A stretch of 64,000 nucleotides of DNA from Nitrospirota bacterium (GTDB lineage: Bacteria > Nitrospirota > UBA9217), in the NCBI GenBank assembly GCA_963840455.1, contig CAWIYV010000001.1, positions 64,001-128,000 of the forward strand, written 5' to 3'. Within the stretch, counting starts at the first letter, position 1. Every line of letters starts with the position of its first letter. The translations under genes were made by a program, and so were the position numbers. The notes beneath the pieces were generated by a model. The model was not told where the DNA came from. It worked only from the letters and a program-made list of their open reading frames with translations, and searched no databases. Below, in pieces: positions 8,250-18,828 of this stretch.

Positions 8250-9515
8250 TTATCGCTTTCTTCGCTTCTTCTTCGATGCGGTCGGCAGTAGAAAATCTAA
8301 AACATCGTCCACGGTCACGATGCCCTGCATGACATTATTCTCATCCACGACAGGGGCGGCGAGAAGATTATACTTTGAAATGAACTCTGCCACATCCTTC
8401 CGTTCGGTCTCGATCGAGAGGGTCTTGACCGGCGTCCTCATGATGTCCTCGATCCTGGACTCCGGCCGCGCAAGGATCAGGTCCTTGAGCGTCACCACGC
8501 CGACGAGCCGCTCGTTCTCGTCGAGGATATACAGGTAGTAGATGGTCTCCACGTCCGGGGCCTCGAGACGGAGTTCCCGGATGGCATCTTCCACGCTCAT
8601 GGACGGCGGGAAGGCAATATACTCGGTGGTCATCAGGCCGCCTGCTGTGTCCTCTTCGTGCTCGAGCAGTTCCTGAACGTCCTCAGCCTCTTCCTTTTCC
8701 ATGAGGTTGATGAGTTCCTTGGCCTTGTCCTCGGGAAGATCGCCCAGGACATCGGCAGCCTCATCAGGAGGCATCTGTTCGAGGATGTCCGAGGCTTTTT
8801 CCTTGGACATATCATCAATAATGTCGGCCTGGACCTTGGGCTCCAGTTCGTGGAGCGCCTCCGCAGCGGTTTCCACATCGAGACTGCCGAACAGTGCGGT
8901 ACGTTCCCGCTGGGAAGCTTCACTGATGATCTCCGCAAGGTCAGCAGGATGCATTTGGGACACTTTTTGGCGGGATACGATCAGGGTGAGTTTCGTGAGC
9001 TTGGGTTCGACCGTCTGAAGATAGTGCCAGCCGATGAGATGATTTTGGAGTTTGTATCCGAAAAGGAATAAGAACTTCTCGCCCCGGGCTTCTACTCCCA
9101 GTCGCCGCAACAGCCCGCGAAGGCCGATATCTGCCGCAACAAGGCACATCGTTCCGTTGACATCGCCAAGCTTAAGGTCGTTGACGCGCACCAGTTTGGC
9201 CCCGTTGATATCCACGATCTGCTTATCAAGCATGTCGCGGAAAACAAGAATGTCCGTTGCGGATGCAGATGAAGGCTGCAAGTTGCTGGCGACGACATTG
9301 ACCGAGATGACGCGGCGGTTAAAGAGGTTGACCGAATCCCAGGGAATGGTATAGGTGCTCCTTCCCGAAGTGACAACAAGTGCCGTAACGGCAGGAAAAG
9401 GTTCACCGAGACCGATGACAATGTCATTAAGCTTCCCGATCTCCTCCCCTGTCTGATCGAGCACCGGCTTCCTGTACACGTCGCTGATAAAGATATCTCC
9501 GGCGAAAAAGGGCAT
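8250..9515 (-). CDS. Soluble MgtE-like protein (PRC barrel, MgtE N-domain, CBS pair; no TM domain)
   Basis: LDKQIVDINGAKLVRVND, HPADLAEII, MPPDEAADVL, EDTAGGLMT, GIVTVDDV, then a stop with no hydrophobic helices. Confidence 0.88.
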   Translation of the reverse strand: MPFFAGDIFISDVYRKPVLDQTGEEIGKLNDIVIGLGEPFPAVTALVVTSGRSTYTIPWDSVNLFNRRVISVNVVASNLQPSSASATDILVFRDMLDKQIVDINGAKLVRVNDLKLGDVNGTMCLVAADIGLRGLLRRLGVEARGEKFLFLFGYKLQNHLIGWHYLQTVEPKLTKLTLIVSRQKVSQMHPADLAEIISEASQRERTALFGSLDVETAAEALHELEPKVQADIIDDMSKEKASDILEQMPPDEAADVLGDLPEDKAKELINLMEKEEAEDVQELLEHEEDTAGGLMTTEYIAFPPSMSVEDAIRELRLEAPDVETIYYLYILDENERLVGVVTLKDLILARPESRIEDIMRTPVKTLSIETERKDVAEFISKYNLLAAPVVDENNVMQGIVTVDDVLDFLLPTASKKKRRKR

Positions 9516-9560
9516 GCTGCTCTCCGGCTCGGTGCTAAAGGGGATGAACGTGTCGGGCTG

Positions 9561-9588
9561 ATTATACCAGCGGTCGGGTCCAAGTCAA
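9561..9588 (-). promoter_or_regulatory. Sigma-70 promoter of the mgtE-like/NRAMP operon
   Basis: Minus strand TTGACT-N16-TATAAT with TG upstream of the -10. Confidence 0.65.
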
Positions 9589-9792
9589 GAAAAAACCCGG
9601 TTTCCTGTGCTACAATACGGGCAGAGGTGTCTTCACTGCTGCGGTACCAAGCTGGATCGAATCAAACAGCCGCAGGGATTCTATAAATCCTGAAAATAAC
9701 GATATTAATAAATTTAAGGTGATAGAGACGAGGGTTTCTGCTATATTTTTTCAGCGAACCGCAGGAGCACAGCGGTAAAAGGAGATGCGACC

Positions 9793-10395
9793 ATGCCGGA
9801 CAAGGCCATGAAGGACATAAAAAAAGACCTCTACCTTCTCATGCACAAGGCAGAGCAGATGCTTGAACTCACCGAGGACGCCTTTATGAAGAACAAGATC
9901 GGGTCCCTGGACCAGGCCGAGTCCCTTGCGAAGGAGATCCGGAGCCAGGAGGACGCTCTTACCGAAAAGCTCGCTAAATTGGCACCGTCCGACAGCACTG
10001 CCCGCGCCATTCTCTCCGTTCCCGTTCACATCGAGAAGATCGCTGCCAGCATCGAACGCGTTGTTAGCAATGTCCGGGTCAAGATCAAGGAAGGCCTGCT
10101 GTTCAGCGACAAGGCCATCCAAGAGACCGGCAGGCTGCTCCTCAAGGGGAAGGAATTGCTTAAAAAAGCGGGAGAATCCATCGTGACCGCGTCCCCGGAA
10201 AGCAGGGAGACCGTCAGGATCGACAGCGACGCCATGATCAGGATGTCAAATGACTTTGCCACGTCCCATGAGGACCGTCTGGTGGCAGGTGAATGTTCTC
10301 CCAAGGCCTCATCGAACTACCTGTGCATGCTTTACGCATTCGAGGACATGGCGTCCCACGCAAAGGATGCGGTCAGCAAATTATCGGCAAAATAA
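9793..10395 (+). CDS. PhoU-domain protein
   Basis: Two helical PhoU-like repeats (HIEKIA..IE; HEDRLVAGECS...Y...FEDMASH) resembling the Na/Pi cotransporter C-terminal domain; SD AAGGAG. Confidence 0.7.
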   Translation: MPDKAMKDIKKDLYLLMHKAEQMLELTEDAFMKNKIGSLDQAESLAKEIRSQEDALTEKLAKLAPSDSTARAILSVPVHIEKIAASIERVVSNVRVKIKEGLLFSDKAIQETGRLLLKGKELLKKAGESIVTASPESRETVRIDSDAMIRMSNDFATSHEDRLVAGECSPKASSNYLCMLYAFEDMASHAKDAVSKLSAK

Positions 10396-10407
10396 CCCTG
10401 TTCCCGC

Positions 10408-11700
10408 TCAGTGTTTGAAGACCCGCTGGCCCGTGTAGACCATGGCAATCTTGGGGTCCGCCTCGTTGCAGGCAATGATCGACTCGTGGTCCCGGTCCGA
10501 TCCTCCGGGTTGTACGATCGCCGTGATACCCTCCTTGATTCCCGCGTCCACACCGTCCCGGAAGGGGAAGAACGCGTCAGATACCATGACGGCCCCGATA
10601 AGCCCGCCTTTGTCCCTCCTGGCCTGGGCATCTATCTCTGCAAGCGCCCCCCCGTCCCGTTTGCCCTGACCTGCCTCCAGCTCGTACTGCTTGTAGGGCA
10701 CCCCGTATTTTTTAAAACACAGTGCATCGGCGTATTTGGTGTAGGCTTTGAAGATCGCGATCTCAGCGACGCCGACGCGGTCCTGTTCTCCCGTTCCGAT
10801 GCCGACGGTCACCCCGTCCTTCACATAGATGACCGAGTTCGACGTGATCCCCTGCTCCACATTCCAGCCGAACAGCATGTCGTTGTATTCCTGTTCCGTC
10901 GGCATCCTGTCCGTGATATACTCCCTCCCCTTGAAAACCGCCTTCGCCTGCTGAAAGTCGTTCTTTGTCCGGATCCGGTTCTTCTGGGACTGCTGGACGA
11001 TGATCCCGCCGTCGATGAGCGACTTGAACTCGACGAAGCTCAGATCGCGGTATTTCGCAAGGTCCGCCATCTTTTCCAGCCGGATGATGCGCAGGTTCTT
11101 CCTCCGCGACAGGATGTCGAGTGCACCATCCTCGAACTCCGGCGCGGCCACGACCTCCAGATAATTTGCATTCACCATCTCCGCGGTCTGTCGGTCCATG
11201 GGCCGGTTGACCGCGAGGCATCCTCCGAAGGCCGCAATGCGGTCCGCCATGTTGGCACGTTCGTAGGCCTCTGCCGTTGTCCTGCCATTGGCGACCCCGC
11301 AGGGATTATTGTGCTTCATAATGGCCGCGGCAGGCCTGTCCGCGAGGAACTTGAGGATGTTGAGCGCATTGTCGAGGTCGGTAAAATTGGTCTTGCCGGG
11401 ATGCTTCCCCGCCTGGACCATCTGTTCCGCGGTGATGCCGCTGACCAGGCCGTTTCCCGGTTCGATGAACTTCACGCCGGCAAGCTCCAGGTTCCCGCTC
11501 ACCAGCTGGTACATGGCAGCCTGCTGGTCAGGATTCTCTCCGTAGCGAAGGCCCTTTTCGATCAATTCTCCGGTGCCTTCGTCGGCCAGCTTCCAGGAAC
11601 GTTTCCGATAGGAAAGCTTTTTGTCGCCAAAGGTGATGGTCATTTCCGACGGAAAGTTGTCCGCCATGATGGTCTTGTACATTTTCTTAATATCGGACAC
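10408..11700 (-). CDS. AICAR transformylase (PurH C-terminal domain only)
   Basis: LRYGENPDQ, KHNNPCGVA, AFGG, GIGTGEQDRV, SDAFFPFRDG, QPGGS, RVFKH. GTG start after AGGAGG; no N-terminal IMP cyclohydrolase domain. Confidence 0.85.
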   Translation of the reverse strand: MSDIKKMYKTIMADNFPSEMTITFGDKKLSYRKRSWKLADEGTGELIEKGLRYGENPDQQAAMYQLVSGNLELAGVKFIEPGNGLVSGITAEQMVQAGKHPGKTNFTDLDNALNILKFLADRPAAAIMKHNNPCGVANGRTTAEAYERANMADRIAAFGGCLAVNRPMDRQTAEMVNANYLEVVAAPEFEDGALDILSRRKNLRIIRLEKMADLAKYRDLSFVEFKSLIDGGIIVQQSQKNRIRTKNDFQQAKAVFKGREYITDRMPTEQEYNDMLFGWNVEQGITSNSVIYVKDGVTVGIGTGEQDRVGVAEIAIFKAYTKYADALCFKKYGVPYKQYELEAGQGKRDGGALAEIDAQARRDKGGLIGAVMVSDAFFPFRDGVDAGIKEGITAIVQPGGSDRDHESIIACNEADPKIAMVYTGQRVFKH

Positions 11701-11827
11701 GGGATCCTTCCTCCTGAACATCAATGAAATGACGAAGCCTGGACAGCGGCAGAGAACGCAGAGGGAACAAACGACGAGTTCACGTGTCTGCCGGATAAAA
11801 CTTCCTGCGCGCCTGCCCTCACCTGCT

Positions 11828-12730
11828 CTATACTTTATCCACAGCCTTCTGCCCGAGCAGCCCGGAAGGCCTCAGGAGCAGCGTGATGATCAAGACGAGG
11901 AACGCGAAGGCGTCCTTGTAGACGCTGGAGATGTAGCTTGCCCCGAAATTCTCGATGAGGCCGAGCGTGAAGCCTCCCAGCATGGCGCCAGGAATGCTGC
12001 CGATCCCCCCCAGTACGGCAGCGGTGAACGCCTTGAGGCCTGCCGTATAGCCCATGAAGAAGTGGACGACGCCGTAGTACAGCGTGACCATGACCCCTGC
12101 TACGGCAGCAAGGGCCGATCCGATCATGAACGTCACGGAGATGACCCGGTTGATGTCGATCCCGAGCAGTCCCGCCATGGTCATGTCCTGGGAGGTTGCC
12201 CGCATGGCCTTGCCGAGCTTCGTCCGGGTGATGAAAAGCTGAAGACCGACCATCATGAGCAGCGACGTCCCGAGGATGATGATCTCGACCGGCGATATCT
12301 TCGCGCCGAAGAGGACGAATCCTTCGAGGGTGATGACCTGGGGAAGATACTTGTATTCCTTTCCCTGGGAGAGCATAACCATGTTCTGAAGGATGATCGA
12401 CACGCCGACGGCGCTGATGAAGGGAGAGAGCTTGGCCGCCTTGCGGATCGGCCGGTAGGCTGTCCGCTCAATCATGGCGCCATAGGCGGCGCAGAACAGC
12501 ATGGAAAGGGAAAGGGTGATGGCCAGGGTGGCCACCATGCCCAGGGACGGCATCCCCGGCGCGGTCAATGCGCCGAGCACGATGATGCCCAGATAGGCAC
12601 CCAGCATGTACACCTCGCCGTGGGCGAAGTTGATGAGCTGGAGGATGCCGTAGACCATGGTGTATCCCAGCGCCAGCAGTGCGTACACCGCGCCCAGGGC
12701 TAGTCCGTTGATGATCTGTTGGGCAAACAT
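11828..12730 (-). CDS. livH: Branched-chain amino acid ABC transporter permease
   Basis: QQIINGLALGAVYALLALGYTMVYG..INFAHGE; GKAMRA; KAFTAAVLGGIGS. Confidence 0.95.
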   Translation of the reverse strand: MFAQQIINGLALGAVYALLALGYTMVYGILQLINFAHGEVYMLGAYLGIIVLGALTAPGMPSLGMVATLAITLSLSMLFCAAYGAMIERTAYRPIRKAAKLSPFISAVGVSIILQNMVMLSQGKEYKYLPQVITLEGFVLFGAKISPVEIIILGTSLLMMVGLQLFITRTKLGKAMRATSQDMTMAGLLGIDINRVISVTFMIGSALAAVAGVMVTLYYGVVHFFMGYTAGLKAFTAAVLGGIGSIPGAMLGGFTLGLIENFGASYISSVYKDAFAFLVLIITLLLRPSGLLGQKAVDKV

Positions 12731-12899
12731 GGTTAGGAAAAGACCGCAGCACCGGCCCCATCGTGAACGGCACCCTGTCGGACCCCTTCACGGCGGTCCG
12801 GACGGACGGAGCCCGATCGATACGTCAAGGGCTGGCCGGGGAACGGATGGCAGCAAGAACGACCGGCCCTTTATTGCCACCCCGGCGTCATGCGTCCGC

Positions 12900-14009
12900 T
12901 CAGGGCAGCTGCCTGAACGTACCGCCCTTCACTTCCCAGACGACGTAAGGCGCCTTCGTCACGTCACCGTTCTTGTCAAAGGAAATGTCGCCGAACGCGC
13001 CTTTGAACGTGTTCTTCGCGATGTACTCGGCCACTTTCGTCCCCTCGGTCGTGCCCGTTTCCTTGATGGCCGTCAGGATGATGTTGGCCGCATCATAGGC
13101 ATAGATCGAGTAGGGGCCAGGTTCACCGTATTTGGCCCGGTATCTCTCGTTGAAGGTCTTCGCTGTCGACAACCCTGAAGGGTCCTTGCCGAATGTCACG
13201 TAGGTCCCCTCGGCTGCTTTCCCGGCGATGTTGATGAAGGTCGGATCATAAACACCGTCCCCGGTGACCATAGGGATGGTCAGGCCTAGTTCCTTGGACT
13301 GTCGCACCAGGCGCGCGGCCTCGGGATAGACCCCTCCGAAGAAATACGCCTCCGGCTTCTTTTCCTTGATGGCCGTCAACACCGCCTTGTAGTCCGGGTC
13401 CCGCTGCACGATCCCGCCGTAGTAGACCACTTCCGTACCCGTGCCCAGCGCCTTTTTGAAGTAATCCGCGAGGCCCTGCCCGTAGGCGGTCTTATCATGG
13501 ATGACCGCGACCTTCTTCGGCTTCAAGGACCGCAGGACGAACTCCGCGGCGACCCTGCCCTGCTGGTCGTCAGTCCCGCACACCCGGAACACGTTCTTGA
13601 ACCCCTGGAGCGTGAACTGAGGGTTCGTTGTGGCAGGGCTGATCATGACCATGTTCGCGTCGTTATAGTACTTCGCCGCCGGGATCGAGCAGCTCGAGTT
13701 CCAGTGTCCCACGACCGCGACCGCCTTCTGGTTGATGAACTTGTTCGCAATAGACACTGCCTGCTTGGGGTCCGCCTGGTCGTCGCCCGCAAGCAGCTCG
13801 ATCTTTTTGCCCAGGACACCGCCCTTTTCGTTCCATTCGCTTACGGCGAGCTCCGCGCCGTTCCTCAGGTCAATGCCCATCTTGCTCTGGTCGCCCGTCA
13901 TGGGACCGGCTGCACCGATCCTGATCACCTTGTGGTCCTGTGCCGTGCACCCGATCATCAGGCATGCGGCCGCACAGACCGCCAGATAGACACCGAATCG
14001 CTGAACCAT
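12900..14009 (-). CDS. Branched-chain amino acid ABC substrate-binding protein (LivK/LivJ type, probable lipoprotein)
   Basis: IGAAGPMTG, DDQADPKQA, VVGHWNS, FRVCGTDDQQG, DKTAYGQGLA; lipobox-like MIGC. Confidence 0.92.
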   Translation of the reverse strand: MVQRFGVYLAVCAAACLMIGCTAQDHKVIRIGAAGPMTGDQSKMGIDLRNGAELAVSEWNEKGGVLGKKIELLAGDDQADPKQAVSIANKFINQKAVAVVGHWNSSCSIPAAKYYNDANMVMISPATTNPQFTLQGFKNVFRVCGTDDQQGRVAAEFVLRSLKPKKVAVIHDKTAYGQGLADYFKKALGTGTEVVYYGGIVQRDPDYKAVLTAIKEKKPEAYFFGGVYPEAARLVRQSKELGLTIPMVTGDGVYDPTFINIAGKAAEGTYVTFGKDPSGLSTAKTFNERYRAKYGEPGPYSIYAYDAANIILTAIKETGTTEGTKVAEYIAKNTFKGAFGDISFDKNGDVTKAPYVVWEVKGGTFRQLP

Positions 14010-14035
14010 AGCGTGTTCCCCTTTCAGAACCAGTT

Positions 14036-14661
14036 TTATGAAACCAGCGTTCTCTGTATGCGATCCACCATCCCGCGCGCCGCCTCGTGCAGGTCCGGTG
14101 CGGCAAGAATAGCGCTGATGACCGCAACACCGTCAGCCCCTGCCCTGAGCACCTCGTCAAGGTTCCCGCCGTTGATACCGCCTATTGCGATCACCGGGAG
14201 CGTCACGGCCTTCCGTACCTGGCGAAGACCCTCGATGCCCTGGCGCGGACCGGCATCCTTCGTCTTGGTCGTGAAGATGGGGCCGAAACCGATATAGTCT
14301 GCGCCGGCGGACTGTGCCGCCCTGGCCTGCTCGACGCTATGCGTGGATACTCCTATGATCCTGCTGCCGCCCATGAGCTTGCGCGCCTCTTCTACAGGCA
14401 GGTCGTCCTGTCCCAAATGAACACCGTCAGCGTCCACGGCCATCGCGATGTCAGGATGATCGTTCACGATGAACGCGGCGCTTGAACGCCTCATGAGGAC
14501 AGCAAGACGAAGGCAGGTCTCGTAGATGGCCCTGCGGGTCCCGCTCTTGCTCCGGTACTGAAATAGCCGAACGCCTGCATCGAGGGCGGCCTGCGCGGCA
14601 TCTTCGGCACCGGTCCTCAGGAGGTCTGCATCAAGGATAAGGCACAGGCCCCGGATTTCAC
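14036..14661 (-). CDS. thiE: Thiamine-phosphate synthase (start uncertain)
   Basis: [46 protein letters not shown]. No clean in-frame start; a GTGA overlap with the accC stop would need one extra A. Confidence 0.9.
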
Positions 14662-16004
14662 TTCTGCGGACTATTGTAACGCTCCATGAACTTGGTGGAA
14701 ATGTTCCCAGTCTGGAAATCCTCTTCGGCAAGGATCATTTTGTGCATGGGAATGGTCGTTTTTACCCCTTCGATGATGAATTCGTCCAGTGCCCGCTTCA
14801 TCCGCATGATCGCCTCATCGCGGGTGTCGGCGTACACGATGAGCTTGGCGATCATGGAATCATAGAACGACGGGATGACGTACTGGGTGTACGCTGCAGT
14901 GTCGACCCGCACGCCGGGCCCTCCCGGAGGGTTATAAGCCGTGATGGTGCCGGGAGAGGGCGTGAATTTCACCGGGTCCTCGGCGTTGATCCGGCATTCG
15001 ATGCTATGGCCCCGGACAATCACCTGGTCCTGCGTAAAGGACAGCGGCAACCCCGATGCGACCCTGATCTGCTCTTTGACGAGGTCCACACCCGTTACCA
15101 ACTCGGTAACGGGGTGCTCGACCTGGATCCGGGTGTTCATTTCCATGAAGTAGAAGCTGCGGTCCTCATCCATGAGAAACTCGATCGTTCCCGCGTTCCG
15201 GTATTTAACGGCCCTCGCCAGCGCCACGGCCATGTCCCCCATCCGCTTCCGGAGTGGTCCATCAACGATGGCCGACGGGGCCTCCTCGATGAGTTTCTGG
15301 TGTCTGCGCTGGATCGAGCATTCTCGCTCACCAAGCGACACGACATTACCCTTCTCATCGGCCATGATCTGTACTTCGATATGCCGAGGCTGGGTGATGT
15401 ACTTTTCAACGTACACATCGGCATTGCCGAACGCGGCAAGCGCCTCGGACTGGGCCATGACGAACGCGGATGCGAACTCCGGTTCTTCAAAGACCACCCG
15501 CATGCCCTTGCCCCCGCCTCCGGCAACGGCCTTTATGATGACCGGGAAGCCAAGCTCGCGGGCAAGAGACAGGGCGTCGGCCTCTTCGGTGATGACCCCG
15601 GGGCTGCCCGGCAGGATAGGCACACCCGCCTTCTGTGCAGTCTCGCGAGCCTTGGCCTTGTCACCCATGAGCTTGATGCTGTCCGGGCTCGGCCCGATGA
15701 ACTTGATGCCGGCCGAATTGCAGACCTCGGCGAAGCTCGCGTTCTCGGCCAGGAAACCATATCCCGGATGGATCGCCTCGGAGTCTGTGATCTCGGCCGC
15801 ACTGATGATGCTGGGTACGTTGAGATAGCTGTCAGCGCTCTTGGGAGGTCCTATACAGACGCTCTGGTCGGCAAAACGGACATGGAGGGAGTGGGCATCT
15901 GCGGTGGAATGCACGGCCACTGTCTTGATCCCCATCTCTTTGCACGCCCGGATGATGCGAAGCGCGATCTCGCCCCGGTTGGCTATCAATATTTTCTTGA
16001 ACAC
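14658..16004 (-). CDS. accC: Acetyl-CoA carboxylase biotin carboxylase subunit
   Basis: [55 protein letters not shown]. Confidence 0.97.
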   Translation of the reverse strand: MFKKILIANRGEIALRIIRACKEMGIKTVAVHSTADAHSLHVRFADQSVCIGPPKSADSYLNVPSIISAAEITDSEAIHPGYGFLAENASFAEVCNSAGIKFIGPSPDSIKLMGDKAKARETAQKAGVPILPGSPGVITEEADALSLARELGFPVIIKAVAGGGGKGMRVVFEEPEFASAFVMAQSEALAAFGNADVYVEKYITQPRHIEVQIMADEKGNVVSLGERECSIQRRHQKLIEEAPSAIVDGPLRKRMGDMAVALARAVKYRNAGTIEFLMDEDRSFYFMEMNTRIQVEHPVTELVTGVDLVKEQIRVASGLPLSFTQDQVIVRGHSIECRINAEDPVKFTPSPGTITAYNPPGGPGVRVDTAAYTQYVIPSFYDSMIAKLIVYADTRDEAIMRMKRALDEFIIEGVKTTIPMHKMILAEEDFQTGNISTKFMERYNSPQK

Positions 16005-16059
16005 GAGGACACCTCGGTGTCGGTCAGATTTTATATAACACGTCTTTCGTGACCGCGGT

Positions 16060-16536
16060 CTATGCCGGCTCGATCACAAAGAGGGCCTGACCGTATTCCA
16101 CGGGCTGGCCGTTCTCCACCAGGGCCTGGACCACCTTCCCTGCCGCCTCTGATTCGATCTCGTTCATCAGCTTCATTGCCTCGATGATGCAGAGGATCTG
16201 GCCTTTTTTCACCACATCGCCCACCTCGACATAGGCAGGCTTGTCGGGCGAACTGGACCGATAGAACGTGCCGACGATGGGCGAGGTGACCTTCACCTGG
16301 CCGACGGGTGCTTCGGCCGGCGTCTGCGGCTGTTCGGCGGCGGGCTTCACCGGTTCGACGATGGACGGAGCCACGATGGCGGACGGCGGATACTCCATGC
16401 GCGGCATGGTCGGGTGGAACGTCACGTCCCCGCCCTTCCGGAGCCGTACCTTCACGCCGGAGCGTTCGATCTCCAGCTCGGAGATATCGGTGTTCTTGAG
16501 CATCTCAATGAGTTCTTTCAACTCTTTCAGATTCAT
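16060..16536 (-). CDS. accB: Biotin carboxyl carrier protein
   Basis: [10 protein letters not shown] start after AAGGAG; SPIVGTFYR; EAMKLMN biotinylation motif. Confidence 0.96.
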   Translation of the reverse strand: MNLKELKELIEMLKNTDISELEIERSGVKVRLRKGGDVTFHPTMPRMEYPPSAIVAPSIVEPVKPAAEQPQTPAEAPVGQVKVTSPIVGTFYRSSSPDKPAYVEVGDVVKKGQILCIIEAMKLMNEIESEAAGKVVQALVENGQPVEYGQALFVIEPA

Positions 16537-16621
16537 GATTGCTCCTTTTCGTGGACCGCACGGACCGGGGGCATCACGGAGGTCCCTGCCGGGCCCGGCC
16601 TGCGGCTGATCAAAGATATCA

Positions 16622-17188
16622 TCACTGCTTGACGCGTTCGATGAACGTCCCGGTCCGGGTGTCGACCTTGATGACATCGCCCTCATTCAGATAGAACGGC
16701 ACTTTCACCACAGCACCGGTCTCCAGGGTGGCCGGTTTGGAGCCTCCCGAGGCCGTGTCACCCCGTACGCCCGGGTCGGTCCGGGCGATCGCGAGCTCGA
16801 CGAACATGGGGATGTCGATGTTGATGGGCTGACCCTTGAAATACAGCACCTTGATCTCCATGTTCTCTTTCAGATAGTTGATGCTCTCGCCGAGCTGCTG
16901 TTCGCTCATGGAAAGCTGCTCATAGCTGCTCGTGTCCATGAACACCCGGTCCTTGTCCGCCGCGTACAGATACTGCATGGTCTTTTCCTCAAGCTCGGGG
17001 ACATCAACCTTCTCGCCTGACCGGAAGGTCCGGTCGATGACGTTCCCGCTCTTCAGGCTTTTCATCTTGGTCCGGACAAAGGCCCCGCCCTTGCCCGGCT
17101 TCACATGCTGGAACTCGACGATGATATACGGTTCACCGTCGATCTCGATCTTCAAGCCGTTCCGGAACTCTGCTGTCGATACTGGCAA
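16622..17188 (-). CDS. efp: Elongation factor P
   Basis: [31 protein letters not shown]; TTG start after GAGGAGG. Confidence 0.96.
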   Translation of the reverse strand: MPVSTAEFRNGLKIEIDGEPYIIVEFQHVKPGKGGAFVRTKMKSLKSGNVIDRTFRSGEKVDVPELEEKTMQYLYAADKDRVFMDTSSYEQLSMSEQQLGESINYLKENMEIKVLYFKGQPINIDIPMFVELAIARTDPGVRGDTASGGSKPATLETGAVVKVPFYLNEGDVIKVDTRTGTFIERVKQ

Positions 17189-17241
17189 TTCCTGATTCCT
17201 CCTCGTGTGCGTTCTCTCTTTAATCGGTATGTATTCTGCGA

Positions 17242-18315
17242 TCACAGTTCCCGGGGCAGGCTGGTCAGGACCCGGTGGCCGTTTTTCGTCACCAGCACCA
17301 TATCCTCGATCCGGACGCCGCCCCAGCCGGGGATATACACTCCGGGCTCCACCGTGAACACCATCCCTTCCCTGATATCTACTTTGGAAAGGGCCGCGAT
17401 GGTCGGCGCCTCATGGACCATAAGGCCGATCCCATGGCCCGTGGCATGGCCGAACTGTTTTCCGTAGCCTGCTTTTTCGATCATGGCCCGGGCTGCCCTG
17501 TCGATATCGGCGCAGGCTATGCCGGGGCGAACAACATGAATAGCGTTCTGCTGCGCGCGCAGGACCAGGCCATGGACCTCGCGCTGACGCGTGTTCGGAC
17601 GGCCCACGCACACAGTCCTCGTGATATCACTGTAATAGCCGTCCGCCTCGGCGCCGAAATCGAATGTCACGAGGTCGCCAGCACGAAGCCGCCGGCCTGA
17701 AACCGACGCGTGGGGCATGGCGCCGTTCCTCCCGGAGGCAACGATGATGTCGAACGCCACTCTGCGAGAGCCCCTCTCGCGAATGAGCATTTCGAGCCGA
17801 ATCCCCAGTTCCTGCTCGGTCGTGCCTGCCCGGATGCGAGGCCTCAGTTCGCAGAAGGCCTCTTCGGCCCGTCGGATGGCCCTCCGGATCAGTGTGAGCT
17901 CGACTGCATCCTTCTCCCGCCGGATCTCGGCAACCGGGTCCTTCATCCCCCGTAGCCGCAGTTTTTGTTTCCTGAGCGCTCTCAAGCGGTCCAGGGTCAT
18001 CGAGGATTCGTCGAACCAGAGTATATCGGTGTCAAAGAGATCGGCTGCTGCCTTGATCGTCGATACATGGTCCTTCTTCTGGATCAGCAGCTTCGTTCCC
18101 GATGTCTCGGCCTTTGCCTGTTCCTTATAGCGGAAGTCGGTGATCAGCACCGGCCTGCCGGAAGCGCCAATGAGCACGCTTCCGGCCGAGCCGGTGAACC
18201 CCGTAAGGTACCGGACATTCTCATGCTGCGTCACGAGCAGGGTATCGATGCCCCGCTCCCGCATGATCCTTCGGAGCCTGGCGATCCGCGTCGCTTCCTG
18301 CCGATTTTTCTTCAT
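17242..18315 (-). CDS. Xaa-Pro aminopeptidase/dipeptidase (M24B)
   Basis: Creatinase N-domain, [36 protein letters not shown]. Confidence 0.93.
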   Translation of the reverse strand: MKKNRQEATRIARLRRIMRERGIDTLLVTQHENVRYLTGFTGSAGSVLIGASGRPVLITDFRYKEQAKAETSGTKLLIQKKDHVSTIKAAADLFDTDILWFDESSMTLDRLRALRKQKLRLRGMKDPVAEIRREKDAVELTLIRRAIRRAEEAFCELRPRIRAGTTEQELGIRLEMLIRERGSRRVAFDIIVASGRNGAMPHASVSGRRLRAGDLVTFDFGAEADGYYSDITRTVCVGRPNTRQREVHGLVLRAQQNAIHVVRPGIACADIDRAARAMIEKAGYGKQFGHATGHGIGLMVHEAPTIAALSKVDIREGMVFTVEPGVYIPGWGGVRIEDMVLVTKNGHRVLTSLPREL

Positions 18316-18758
18316 TTCTTGTTGGCGCTCTGGGCGGCGTAGATAGCGGCGCGGAGCCCGAGCAGATAGCTCTCGATACCGAACCCAGTGATCTGGCCGA
18401 ACGCTACTCCGGAGATGTATGAGTGATGACGGAATTCCTCGCGGCGGTAGATGTTCGAAAGGTGAACTTCGACCGCGGGTATTCCCGTCGACGTGATAGC
18501 ATCGCGCAGAGCGACGCTCGTATGAGTATATGCCCCGGGATTGATCACGAGCGCCTGGCAGGTGCCCATGGCATCCTGGATCTTCTGGACCAGCTCACCC
18601 TCGTGGTTCGACTGGAAGAACGTGACGTCCGTACCGAGCTCTCGGGCCAGCAATGTAAGACGGCTGTTGATCTCTTCCAGGGTCACCGTGCCGTAGATGT
18701 CGGGCTCCCGTTTTCCGAGAAGGTTCAGGTTGGGCCCGTGGATGACAAGGACGTTCAT
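18312..18758 (-). CDS. aroQ: Type II 3-dehydroquinate dehydratase
   Basis: [40 protein letters not shown]. Confidence 0.97.
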   Translation of the reverse strand: MNVLVIHGPNLNLLGKREPDIYGTVTLEEINSRLTLLARELGTDVTFFQSNHEGELVQKIQDAMGTCQALVINPGAYTHTSVALRDAITSTGIPAVEVHLSNIYRREEFRHHSYISGVAFGQITGFGIESYLLGLRAAIYAAQSANKK

Positions 18759-18774
18759 GGTCCTCCTGCAAAAT

Positions 18775-18798
18775 AAAAAACTGCCCGGGGCAGTTTTT
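18775..18798. terminator. Bidirectional terminator-like hairpin
   Basis: AAAAAA-CTGCC-cgg-GGCAG-TTTTT between the roadblock gene and aroQ. Confidence 0.55.
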
Positions 18799-18828
18799 GG
18801 AAATTACTCGCTGTATGTGAATGATTGT

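Noticed and set aside
9516-9560. M-box Mg2+ riboswitch upstream of the mgtE-like gene
   Set aside because: The predicted leader is only about 40 nt.
10411-11727. Long antisense ORFs (also 14742-16052, 22647-24185, 38634-40223, 47456-48775)
   Set aside because: They mirror real genes on the opposite strand, an expected effect of high GC3 codon usage, and carry no recognisable motifs.
11701-11827. ZMP/ZTP (pfl) riboswitch upstream of the purH-like gene
   Set aside because: The conserved GACUGGCG and CGCCUGGG pseudoknot elements were not found.
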